From Octopus sinensis (Eukaryota): a stretch of DNA of 64,000 bases. A program made the position numbers and the translations under genes. Within the stretch, counting starts at the first letter, position 1, and each line of letters begins with the position of its first letter. The notes beneath the pieces are model-generated. The model searched no databases, had not been told where the DNA came from, and saw only the letters and a program-made list of their open reading frames with translations. Below are positions 11,279 to 24,300 of this stretch, one piece after another. Location of the stretch: contig NC_042998.1 of NCBI RefSeq assembly GCF_006345805.1, forward strand, positions 89,900,001 to 89,964,000. Reading direction: 5' to 3'.

Positions 11279-12662
11279 TTTTATCTAGTTTCAGCTCACA
11301 AGCTGTGGCCATGCTGGGGCACCGCCATTTGGTGTTGCTACATGATTTTACTTCACGAATGCTTTTTAGCAATTGCCATTTGGTGCATGAGAGAGTTCGA
11401 TGCAGCTGCCCTCATCTGCACCTCCTGCAGGTCTCTCAGGTTCTTCGGGAGGATATTGAAGAGCTGTGGGCCTCTGAAGCCCAGGCTATCACAGTATCTT
11501 GTCCTACATCTTGATGGCAAATTTGGAGTCCTTAGCACTATGAATGGCGCCAAGTTCTAGTATTTGTGTAACTCTCGATGCCAAAGTTTGGGACAAGTCC
11601 TTCTAGGATCTTCCATATGTATATTATGGCATATCTTTCTCGCCTACGCTCTAAGGAATAGAGTCTTAATCTCTTGAGTCTTTCCCAGTAGCTTATATGC
11701 TGCACAGAGGCTATCTTCTTCCTGTAGATTCGTTGGATCACCTCGTTCTGTGATTAACTTGACACTGGATGGTGACCATAGCTGAGATCAATAGTCAAAG
11801 TGGCTTAGGACAAGTGTCCTCCAGAGGACCATTATGGTTTCCTGGTCTCTTGTTCTAAAGGTTCTAAGAATCCATCCGGTCAGCCGCCTACATTTCATTG
11901 CCAATTTAGCAACATGCACATGAAAGGTTGCATCATCACTCATGTAAATACCCAGGTCTCGCACTGATTGTGCCTCTGAGATTGCAATCTCTCCAGGTAC
12001 AGTGTATTTATTGTGTATTGCATTTAGTTTTGCATGCTGATAGCATAAAGCTTGAAACTTTTCAGCATTGAACTGCATGCTATTCTTTTCAGCCCACTTG
12101 TATATTTTGTCCAGCTCACATTGCAGATGCATAGTGTCTTCAGGGTTCTGTATTGCCTGTGAAACTTTTGCATCATCTGCATAACTTGTGATCGTGGCTC
12201 TCTGCGTGGCTGAGGGCATGTCTGAGAGGGCCATTATGAACAGTAGTGGTCCCAAAATAGTGCCTTGCGGAACACCGCTCACTATTTGCTGGCTTCTATC
12301 CTTCAGAAAGTCATGAAGCCATTCTCCCAATTTTCCAACTATGCCAAGATCACGCAGTTTGTGACATATCATTCCATGATCGACTTTATCAAAGGCCTTT
12401 GCAAAGTCGAGATATATCACTTCCACATTTGAGTGGTTGAGCAGTCGTTTCAGCACCCAGTCATAGTGTTGTAGGAGCTGAGTTAGGCAGCTTCTTCTTG
12501 GTCGGAAACCATGTTGGGTGTCAGGCAGCAAGTCATTTTCTTCAAGGAAGGTGATTAGTTTCCTTCTGATTATTCGTTCCATGACCTTGCTGATCTGTGA
12601 GGTCAGAGAGATAGGTCTGTAGTTCTTGGCCTCCGCTCTGCCACCTCCTTTATGAATAGGGC
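11279..12662 (-). mobile_element. CR1-group LINE, 5'-truncated RT with intact 3' end
   Basis: ORFs 11788-12582 (YRPISLTS, GVPQGTILGPLLF, YADD), 11538-11741 and 11353-11553; 3' UTR ends ...CAGCTTGTGAGCTGAAACTAGATAAAA. Confidence 0.9.
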
Positions 12663-12865
12663 ATATTATATAATTGTGTAAGCTTCTGCATTTCTTGGAT
12701 TGTGTGTTGAGAGATAGGGGAGGCTATTTACTGTACTGTGAGTGTGTTTTTGCTTTCGTAAGTCTTGAGTAGTAATTGATTTGGCCCGTTCTGTTCCATT
12801 GTCAACTAGTGATGCTGGGTAATGTCTTTCGAGAAGAATTGCCTTTGTATATGTATGTATATATA

Positions 12866-12904
<39 letters not shown>

Positions 12905-15900
12905 GAGAGAGAGAGAGAGAGAGAGAAGAGAAAGAGAGAGAGTAACGTTTGTTGCTACTTCTGCGTGGCTGTTCCATGCACAACTTTGTTACTACATTTT
13001 AACCGCAGGAAAACATTTCCCAGCTGGATAACGACACACAACCTGTGTCATATATATTGCGAGTAAGGGAGCGAACCACTCCCCTCCAGCGTGACAAAAC
13101 CAGTGGACCAGCTGGTCAGCTGATCTACTGATTTTTCTCTCTCTCTCCTTCCCTCCATCTCTCTCTCCCCCTCTCTCTCTCTTTCTCCTTCCCTCCATCT
13201 CTCTCTCTCTCAGCTGGATCACAGATAACGGATCCAACTTCTACAGCAAAGTGCTCAGAAAGGAACAATTTCTATACTACGTATCAGCTTTGCTCACTAG
13301 AGCAAAGACCGCCTAAATACAAAATGAAATTTCCCACATACACAACAGGTGCTATGAGCAGTAGATAAATAGTTCCAACACCAAATAGTCCCAAACTGTT
13401 TTATTAGTTAACTACCACTATCTTTCGTCAAATAACAGCATGCTAAATACCCTCAAAGAAGGTTTACACCTCCAAGGAGGGCAAATGCTTTCTGAGACCA
13501 CTATATTCTGACAAGCAAGCTTTTGTCTACCAACAGAGCGGTGACCAAAAATATGTACACTGGCTAAATGCTCTATCAACGTAGTGTACCAAATATTCTG
13601 CAATAAATGGAGCGGACACTCCAGACAGAAACACTGTCTGCAAACTGTATATTCGCAAACGTCTGAAGAAATGTCGCATCCAAATCATCACAGTTATCAT
13701 CAATGCCTCAGAATGAATATCAGTAATTCGAAGATTAAAGGGACTATACTCGTTTTTAGAATTGGTTTTAACAAGAGGCGTGAACTTCCAAAGAACACTT
13801 GTCTGCACTGGTTGCAAACCTCACACCCAACATATCTGTGCAAAAAATACCGGTTCAACATCATCCCCTGTTTTCTAATGAAGAAAGGCTTTTAACCTAA
13901 ATGTGGAAGTGCATAGTAAAATGTAAACTGGGTTCTTTTTTCTTCCGTACTCCTGTTTTCTCTTCATTATTTCAACTTTTATTGTTCTGACTTTTAAAAA
14001 CAATTTTAACAAATACTCGCGCGCGCGCACAGACACCCACTTACTCACAAAGAAAGAAAGAAAGAAAGAAAGAAAAATATGTGTGTGAAATGTAGAAAAA
14101 GAGTATCTGTATGAGAAAAGGTATCAGAAAGATAAAGAGATTGTGCATCTGTATGTGGGAGAGTTACAGCAAGCAAAGAAAAAAGTGCTAATCATGCTAC
14201 ATCACCAGCGTTAAATGGTGTCCAGACGAAAACTCTAAACGCAACAGCTTAGTTTTTCTAGCAGTAAATAGGCATCATGCGGAAGGTTCCTATATACTTT
14301 CTATGTAATAAGTAAGCAGATGGAGCGCATTTAGACACAACTTTTACGTTATTTTACTCTATTTGGTTCATGTTCAAATACTCACATGTCTACAGCATAG
14401 AGAAAGCTGGTATTCTATTAGCTATTTAGTCTTCGATGCTCTGCATACACGATTCACCATCTTATATACATATATTTGAATGTGTGTGTAATGTTAGGTT
14501 TTCAGTAAAATATTACATCACTCCGAGTTCCTATAGTTACCTGTGTTGTACATGTACGTTTCTTTGAAGCAATAAATATTTTCTCTTCTTTTCAACTTCT
14601 AGTACAGCTTTAGAACGCAAGACTACATATTTTTCAGGATGTATTTTCAATCTGCAGAGTTCTAATTTACAATTTCCTTTTAATCACTTCGGAATAAATA
14701 AAATAAATTTACAATTACCCCATAAAAATTCTTTTTTAAAAGTACAGCCAGCCATCACCTGCGAGCGAGTATGGCTTGATGACATGTACCATACTTTAGC
14801 TAACTGTTTTGGATGCCTATGTTGGCCCCCTAACCGTTGACTCAACGGAACATCCAAGTTATGGGAGATGAAAAGAGACGGCTTAACCAATATTGACTGG
14901 ATCTCATTTGTAGCTAAGACTGGAGCAACGTGAAATAAAATGATTTGCTGAAGGTCATGAGCACCCCTCCCGCTTCAGGAATTGATCCCTAAGCTCTACG
15001 ATCATGAACCCGACACTTTAACCACTAGGCTACGCGCTTTCATTCTCTACCTAAAAGAGGAAATAAAACTGTAATGGCAAGGAATAATAGTTAAATTCAT
15101 AGTAAGTCGAATTTTCTATCTGGTTTTAGAATCTTTCCGAAATTATTTAATTTCACTTTAGTTATTATTGCTCTTCGAAAAATATAACTTCTCAGTTCCA
15201 CTCCTCCATTAGCATATAGAGGCTTTTGTACATAGTAAGAAAAAAACAGCCAGTGTTGATGTTGTTAATTAAAATGTTAAGACGCAGAATATATGAATTT
15301 ATCAGAAAAGTATTAAAGAAATAAATACATGAATAAAAGCACAAAAGGCCAGTTTTCTAAATGGCGTCGATATTAAAATGAGTATGTTACTCATGCCCCC
15401 AACAAGAATGTTACAATTAGGCTATTGTATAGTGCGTGATACATCAGTAGCTGGGGCAGAGACCTCGGATTGTGAAGTGTTGCGTAGTTAGATATTGTTA
15501 TGGTAGCTGCTTGTCCCTAACAGCAACAGCTGTTGTTAACAAGTTAACTAAAAATATTTCCGGTTGCCTTTAACTGTAGCAGGAATCCAGCTGTTTGATA
15601 ACGGTAAACAGGGGAAACCATCCTGTGGTCTCTTTGAATTTTGTTGGAAGAAATATGAGTAAGCACAATACCATTACTAACTTAGACACAAGGACTTAAA
15701 TTTCGATAAAATCAACTTCAATGTTCAACTGGCATTTATTTTATCATTGCCTAAAGGAAGAATTATAAAGTTGATCTCGGCGAATGTACTTGAAAAATAA
15801 CGTAAGGCATTTTGACCGCCACTCTGTTACAAACTGATGCGCTAAAAATTAAGAGCAATGCGAAAATATATTTGAAAATAACAACTCTAAAAATATCGTG

Positions 15901-16512
15901 TGACGCAGACCCAGCAAGAAGTATTATGCCGTCACTAGTTTCCTTGGCTCCTACTGTTTACCTTCTGCAAAATTATATGGCTACAATAACAACACTAAAA
16001 ATAACTCTTGTACCAAGCCGCCAAGAAGAACAATACTAAAGTATATGAGAATATAATAACATCTTCAAAAATATCTATGAATCTAATGCTAAATAAATAC
16101 TGAAAAATTATTGTGGTGTAATAATAGTTCTAACGAACATTTTGAAGCCAGTAATAGTGATACGAATAATTGTAAACTATATCAAAACAGCGTTTAGAAA
16201 AACAACCTAAGAGCCAACATCAAACAGAGAACAGTAGTGAAATATTTCAAGACTCTATAATAACTTTAACAAGACTAGAGCCAACATCAGCGGTTTATAA
16301 TAACTTTAAGGAAGGACTGAGCGGTTAAAACGGTCGCTTCGCAACAACGTGGTTCCAGTCTCCATTACATCGTGCAGCATTTTAGTGATGCATCGTCTAC
16401 TATAATGTAGAATTAACCAATACTTCAGAGCGGAATTTGGTAGTAGGAAACTATTCGGAACCCCACAGTATATATACAGATAGAGATAGATTAACAGGTA
16501 CACACACACAGG

Positions 16513-16552
<40 letters not shown>

Positions 16553-17084
16553 TAAAAGTGTGTGTCTTGTTACTAAACATGTTCTTATGGAGTTAATTCC
16601 ATGTTGAGCACATTTACGAAAAGCAGTTTTATTTGGTTAGATATAAAAGTGTTTGACTTATGTGCACCCGTCTTTTGCGTATTCTCATACCGTACTAGAT
16701 TTAGCTCCACGTAACTAACATCCTTTTACTGCTGTGTAACATTTATTTCTCTTTTTTTTTTAACACTGATGAATTCTTAAAGCAAATCTTCCTGTTGTAG
16801 AAGGCGCGTTGTGAAGTAAAACTACGCAACACTGCGCGTATTTTCTTTAAATCGTATATTAGAAGTTGCCTCATTCCGTTCATTCTTTCATCGGGCAGAC
16901 TCAGTGCTATGGCCCGCAAATATTTCATAACATATATGAACATTTGTTGTATACTTTTGATATCCATTATAATGTAACCTGTGGAGTACATATATGCTTT
17001 GTTAACCATACATACATACATACATACATACATACATACATACTACATACATACATACATACATACATACAATACGCTATTCTC

Positions 17085-18097
17085 CTTGAATCTAGCTGCG
17101 ATGCTTCACGAACACCCTCCAGACAATTCAGGAGTTGGCATCAGATTCCGATATGCTAGAGAACTTTTCAATTTTAGTAGACTTCGGTCTAAACATCTAA
17201 CACACACGTAACACATCTCAGAACTTCTGACATTCAAAAGAACAACAGCCTGTGAACAACTTTGCTATGGCTTGCCATTGCTTTGGCCTCACAGTAAACA
17301 TCAAGAAAATCAAGGTCCCTGCACAACCAACCCCAAATACTAATTTACCAGATTTTGATATTATCATCTCTGATACACTTCTCGAACAAGTAGAGCATTT
17401 TCCGTATTTAGGTAGCGTAGAAAAGGATGTGGAATACAGAATTCAAGCTGCACATGGAACATTTGGAAAGTTAATCAAACGCTTCTTCAACAATAAAGAT
17501 ATGAACATAACGTAATTATGGTTTATAATGCACTTGCCATTTTAATCTTGCTATATGATTGTAAAACCTGAACTCTATATTGTCGCCATATCCAAAAATT
17601 GAACGCTTTTACCAACAAAAGCTTCGTTCAGACTTGAGCATCAAATGGGACTACTGTGTGAGCAACAACAAAGTACTGGAAAGAGCCAACAGTCAAAGCA
17701 TCGATTCGCTGATCATGAAACACCGTCTTTGATGGTCAGGACATATAGCAAGAATGGAAGAGTCAAAGTTCCCACACCAAGTCGTATTCAGCGCGCTCAC
17801 TTCAAGGAAAAGACCACGAAAATACAAAGACCAACTAAAAACAACACTGAAAGCCACTGGTTTTGAACCTAAATCGTTTGAAACACAAGTCCGAAACCGT
17901 ACCACCTAGCGTTGTTCCATTACCATCGGAACCAAAAACTTAGAAGCCACTAGAAAAGAAAAAGAAGAAATGAAACGATAGGAGAGAAAGGTTCGACAAA
18001 ATTAAACTCGTTCTCCACCAATATTACTACGCAGTCAACGCCATCGACTCTTCCATGCAAGGATTGGTTTACTTAGTCATCAACGCCATTACCATAA
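17085..18097 (+). mobile_element. RTE (BovB-like) LINE, 5'-truncated and decayed
   Basis: FGLTVNIKK, LEQVEHFPYLGS, RIQAAHGTFGKL, and the C-terminal zinc-knuckle-like RLFHARIGLLSHQRH. Confidence 0.8.
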
Positions 18098-18098
18098 A

Positions 18099-19349
18099 GG
18101 GGAGACCGGATCCCGTTGTTACATTTTTCATTTTTTTTTTGCCCTGACACCCATATAAACGAACACATCTGAAGTTTCTTTTCAGATTTAATTAGTGAAA
18201 CATCTCTATTTATTATCACCAGCAAAAAACAGAAATTACGTAACATCAATTAGACAGGTTCTAATTAATGAGGTGGTGTCAGCTGTAACAATTTTCCCGA
18301 GTGCGGGGTACGTTGTGACACTTGCTGGGGTACTTTGTTACAACTGTCGATAACTCGGAATTATGTTAACAAGTTTAAAATGAACATGTCTCCTGTTTCT
18401 TGCATCTAGGAAGTATTATTTTAATTAATTAACTGTGCTTTGAACCACCTAATATCCTAACTATGATACTGAGAGTCCTTATCGGCCAATTTCCCCATTG
18501 TTACATGTGCCATCTAGTCGGAATCGTCCTCCATTAACTTCTCATCACACAGAAAGTCCTGTCGTCCATCGGTACAGTCAGTGTGTGCCCAGTCTATACA
18601 GATCATGCATTGCACCCATTCTTCACCTGGAAGGGAGTTAGAATACCAATCTGAGCAAACAAGGCATTTCCAATCGGCGACTTGCCTGCTGCGAGGCTGC
18701 TTCCCTTTGCCTTTACCTATTTTACTTGACTTTTCCCTTCCCTTTGTTGCCTTTTCTGTACCAGTTGCCTTCTTTGGTTTGGATTTCTGTTCGTTTATTT
18801 CATCTTCTATACGCTGTTTTACGGCAACATCCCATAACGATTTCTTTTCATCCACAACTTTTCTGGCGGCTCTTTCCATGACATCAGGAGAGGTATCCCC
18901 CCTTTTAGTCTTCCTTTTGTAATTTCTAGGCATGGTGTGTTAAACTGAATCAGAAGAGATAAGTTGTTACATGCCTGGGGTAAGTTGATACACTGTAACA
19001 ATTAGCCCCGACCATGGATTTCTTGGGATTACCTCGTATACAGCACTAGCAAAGCATAGCATCCAGGAGACACCTTCATGTATCGAAGGCAACTTCCAAC
19101 ACTTCTTAATGAGCCGCAAACTACTTTAAGAAAATAACTTCCTGTCAAAATATCACTTTTGGAGTAAAAAATCGTTTCTTGGGCCATACCTTTCCTGGTG
19201 ACAGCCTGCCAGTGCAATACATATGTGCAGTCATGATGCTATGGAGCTGGCCTTCACGAGGTAGAGACCCGAGTGCCACCTATTTCTTGAAGTTGGAAAC
19301 AACGGGCTTGTAACAACTTACCTGTGTAACAACTAGATTCGGTCTCCCC
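18099..19349 (-). mobile_element. Pogo/Tigger-like DNA transposon, internally deleted
   Basis: TIRs GGGGAGACCGGATCCCGTTGTTACA / GGGGAGACCGAATCTAGTTGTTACA; TA on the right flank (AA on the left); ORF 18514-18933 joins an HTH-psq-like N-terminus (MPRNYKRKT) to a PHD-like C-terminus. Confidence 0.75.
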
Positions 19350-20237
19350 TACATTATATAATCCTTAAACTTAATGTCAGTAGCCATACCCAAGTTTATG
19401 AAAGAATACAAAAATCCTAATATAGAATTGCGTGCTTCACAGTCCCAGCAACGCGGTGTTTTGTTGTTGTGCGCATACTCACATATCCGAGATAGGAAGC
19501 TTCACACTAGGAAGAGAGAGCACTGTGTGTACGACAGTGGCGAGTGAAAAGTGATTTTTTTTTTGACACCGCGTGAGTTGCGCTTAAACACGTGTTTATA
19601 TTCTTGAATGTGATAACGTGTAGAATTAGATTATTATCCTGTTTCCCGCTTCAGTGTTGCTGCCAGGATTTGAAAAACAGGGCACATTTCCCCGCCTTAT
19701 TTTGTGATTTAGGGGGGACTTTTGAAAAACAAGGGAAAATTCGCGGCGGTGCTCAGTGAACAAATTAAACACACTACCCGGCAATGTCTAAAATGCGATC
19801 AAGTTTATGTATAAATTTTCTTTTTATATGTTGTTTACTTTTACACAATATTAAAACAACGGCTAAAAATTTTCTGAGCAGCACACTTACTAATTTTATC
19901 TACGAGCCGCCACTGTATATGCAAATATATATATATATATTTACTAAATTACATTAGATATAATATTTTATTATATTATATTGTATTATATTATATTATA
20001 TACTGATCCGTTATCGGTGGTATCAACAAAAAGTACACCATCCAGTGAGAGATAAATGATAGCTTGGAAATATATGCCGCACTATACATGGTGTCTTCAG
20101 AGGTATGAAGTTAATAGTAGCTCGAATTTAAATCATGTGTATATTAAAGGATATTATATAATATATATATTATATACAGAAAGAGAGAGAAAATGGAAAA
20201 AGAAGTCTGTATACGTAAATACACGTGTGTGCGCGTG

Positions 20238-20270
<33 letters not shown>

Positions 20271-20368
20271 TAGATAGATGGGGAGAGAGATGGAGGAGAT
20301 ATGTACAGGCAGTCAAGGAGGCATATTTCAGTAATATTTGTTGGTGAGGTTAGAAATATTATCAGTCA

Positions 20369-20753
20369 GTGGAGGCGCAATGGCCCAGTGGTTAGGGCAG
20401 CGGACTCGCGGTCATAGGATCGCGGTTTCGATTCCCAGACCGGGCGTTGTGAGTGTTTATTGAGCGAAAACACCTAAAAGCTCCACGAGGCTCCGGCAGG
20501 GGATGGTGGTGATCCCTGCTGTACTCTTTCACCACAACTTTCTCTCACTCTTACTTCCTGTTTCTGTTGTACCTGTATTTAAAGGGGCCGGCCTTGTCAC
20601 TCTGTGTCACGCTGAATATCCCCGAGAACTACGTTAAGGGTGCACGTGTCTGTGGAGTGCTCAGCCACTTACACGTTAATTTCACGAGCAGGCTGTTCCG
20701 TTGATTCGGATCAACCGGAACCCTCATCGTCGTAACCGACGGAGTGCTTCCAC
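20369..20753 (+). mobile_element. Second tRNA-derived SINE family, full length with 11-bp TSD
   Basis: Head GGAGGCGCAATGGCCCAGTGGTTAG...GGTTTCGATTCCC; flanked by direct repeat ATTATCAGTCA (20358-20368 and 20754-20764). Confidence 0.88.
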
Positions 20754-21138
20754 ATTATCAGTCAACCTTCACAAACTACATTTGTTGAAAGTAATGCATG
20801 ACTTTTATCTTCCTTATCTCAGTTTTCGAATTATCGGCTAGAGGGCACCAAGTTTACCTGAAAATTCGGATGTAATTCTCAACTATGGCACCAGATGTGG
20901 TGCAATTAGGTTTCAATACTGTGGGTCAATAGAAATATTTCCCCAAGAGACGTTATCTCATTAGAAATAGATGGAATTTGATTTTGATGTTTCTCCTTTA
21001 CTGTAGCAGGGTTCTGTTAGTTATACAGACGTCTCATCAAAGATAATATAGTCAGGGTTTCTGTTGAGGTTTGTCTTAGTCCATGTTATTTCAAAGTATT
21101 CTTGTGTGCATGTGTATATGTATACACACACACACACG

Positions 21139-21198
<60 letters not shown>

Positions 21199-21539
21199 TA
21201 TATATATAAATACATATATATATTGTTGCTATTATGTTAAACTGTTGTAAGTCCAAATTTGGCCAAATGCGTTGTTTTTTCAATATTCATTTTTGCTTGC
21301 AATAGCTGTTCTTTTGGTCAAGCTATCGTATCTCCAGCTGCTTCAGATGCCAAAAATATCAAAAATTGTCAAAGTGTAGTACAACGGTTTTGTTATGGAA
21401 TGGTAAAACGATTTTTTCGTTTTCTGAAAAAGCAACGTTTTGGGCTTACGGCATTTTGCATAATAGCAACGAATATATATATGGGTGCAGGCGTGGCCAG
21501 AAGGAAAAATATATATGGGCGCAGAAGCTCCATGGTAGA

Positions 21540-21880
21540 AGCTCCATGACACACCAATCTTATCAACAAGTTCGTCAATTGTTCGGTGACAGTCCTCCAA
21601 GTTCATGAATCTTCGTGACATTTTCATTCATTTGTGGGGGGGGGGTCAACGGTCGCCCTGAACGAGGTTGCTCTTCAAGCGACAAGTGACCATTCCTAAA
21701 GCGTGAAAAACGCTCGTTAACTTGTTTTGCTCATGGAAGCATTCTTGTAAACAGTTTGAAGCATGACAACTGTTTTGGCCGCTATTTTCTTCAGCAGAAA
21801 ACAGAATTTCACGGAAGCACGCTGTTCCTTCGTTTCAGCCATCACAGTTTTCCCCATTCATATGAATCACAGGAACAAAC
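21540..21880 (-). mobile_element. Mariner transposase N-terminal fragment
   Basis: EQRASVKFCFLLKK..., QPRSGRP and RTIDELVDKIGVSWS recoverable across frameshifts. Confidence 0.7.
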
Positions 21881-22193
21881 CAGTCTTTCACACTGCTGTC
21901 CTTGTCTGTATTTCCTGCTGTTGGCTCATCTGGTATCATGGATAAGAGGATATCCAATGAAAACCTTCACATCCACATTGTGTGGAGTTATGCCCAATTT
22001 TTCTCTCAATATTTCAGCACTTTGCATATGTCGTACACACTGATATTGCATATTTTACTGAGAATACTAGCTTCATTCTTCTCTAAGCCTATATACGTAT
22101 ATATATATAAATACACACGCACATACATATATACATACATACATCCATACACACATACATGCAGACAAACAGACAACAGACAGACAGGCAGGC

Positions 22194-22281
<88 letters not shown>

Positions 22282-22467
22282 TGTTTTTCTTTTATACATT
22301 ATTTCTGCCATGCATCTGCAGTCATACTGAAGCACCACCGTGATTTTCTACCCTTTCTACAGACCTTTTCTGTGATTGGTTTCTTCTGGGTGGTGGTATA
22401 CCATATCACCACGCTTGCGTGTGCTTTTTTTCTGATTGTTGGATCACTTGGCATATGAGAGAGTTTG

Positions 22468-24235
22468 ACACTGCTGTCCTTGTCTGTATTTCCTGTTGTT
22501 GGCTCATCTGGTATCATAGATAAGAGGATATCCAATGAAAACCTTCACATCCACATTGTGTGAATTTTAAATTCTTTTGAAAGTGCATTGAAAAGACTTT
22601 GACTTGCAAGCTTCTGCAGTCCACACTTTAGAAGGAGTTGACGGTACTTTTGGTACTATGTAGTGGCATTTAATACAGGCATTTGTATAACTTTTGACGC
22701 CAAAGTTTAGTGCTAGCCCGTCTAGGATTTTTTACAGATAAATTATAGCATATTTCTCACGTCTTCACTTCAGGAAATAAAGTAATAGTTTTTTCAGCTT
22801 CTCCCAATAAGTTCATCTGGTGCACTGAAGCAATTATTTTAGTATTGTAGCAGTGGATTACTTCAAGCTCTGCTGTTAGTTTGAGACTATATGGTGACCA
22901 CACCTGAGTCCAGGTGACTGAGAACAAAGGTTTTCCACATGATCAACATGATCTATTTGGTCTCTTGTCTTGAAGATTCTCGGTATCCATCCTGCTAATC
23001 ATCTACACTCTATTGCCATCCTGGTAATGTGTACTTGAAATGATGCATCATAACACATACCGATACCCAAGTCTCTCACAGTCTGTTACTCTGGACTTGC
23101 AGTACCTTCAGATCTTCTATATTCAGATTGTGGTACCTCAATGAGCTGCACAATGCTTGAAATTTTCAAGCATTGAATTGCATGTTGTTTTGCTAACCCA
23201 CTTGTATATTGCATTTAAGTCTTGCTAGAAACTTGAGACAATGTCAGAGTTCTTTATTGCCTGTGATAATTTTGTATCATCAATGTAGCAAGTGGCAGTG
23301 GCTGCTTGAGTGATCATAGGCATGTCTAAAAGACCTACTACAGACAGTAATGGCTTGCAAGACTTAGAATTCGTGTTTCCCTAGAGATGGCACCATTGTC
23401 TGACTACTATAATTTTTTTTTTGTAAGTTATGTAGCCATGACCCTAGTTTACCAGTTATGCCAAGATCTTTCAACTTGTGACATATCATGCCATGATCTA
23501 CCTTGCTGAAGGCCTTTGCAGAATCAAGATATACCACATTGATATATGTATGGTCAAGCGGCTGCATCAAAACTCAGTCACAGTGCTTTAAGAGTTGTGT
23601 GAGGCAGCTTCTTCCCAGAAGGAGATCATGCTGAGTCATTCAGAGAGTCATTTTCTTCTAAGAATATTATCAGTTTCTTTCTGAGGATTTGTTCCATGAC
23701 TTTGCTGATATGTGAATTTTTAATTATTTTCTGAGATTTTACAAAAACAACAAAAATATTTTTTAATTTTCTGCTCCTGCTTTCACAGATAGTGCATATT
23801 ATGCTTTCTTTTAGCTTTTTAGAAAGTTTGCCACTTGCATGTAAACTGGAAAAGTATCTGAAATGGTTTCGTGAAATCTTCTCTTCATGACTTCAAGAGA
23901 ATATCTAGGAAACCATTGGGGACAGCTGCTGTGTTTAAGTTCATTTCATCTGTGGCTACTGTTACATCTATATTTTTTATCAATGTACTTGATGGTTACT
24001 GCCTTCCGTTATAAAGCTTTAGCATGAAAAAACTCAGTCGGATTATTTATTTGCATGTATCCAAAGTGGATACTTTGAATTGTTCCCCAAGCACTTCACT
24101 TATCTTTTTAGAGTGTGCAATCAATGAGCAATTCCCTTGGAACAGTGGTCCTGTTTTGTACTGTATCATGGCTATTTTATTTGCAAAATTTATAGAAAGT
24201 TTTAGAGTTTGTTTTTATGCTTTCCCCAGCTTTGT

Positions 24236-24300
<65 letters not shown>

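Noticed and set aside
19535-19916. hAT-like MITE with CAGTGGCG termini
   Set aside because: Only an 8-bp terminal match and no 8-bp TSD.
20369-20445. tRNA gene-like sequences here and at 8057, 2305, 28261 and 30354
   Set aside because: They continue into shared SINE bodies, one with an 11-bp TSD, so they are SINE heads rather than tRNA genes.
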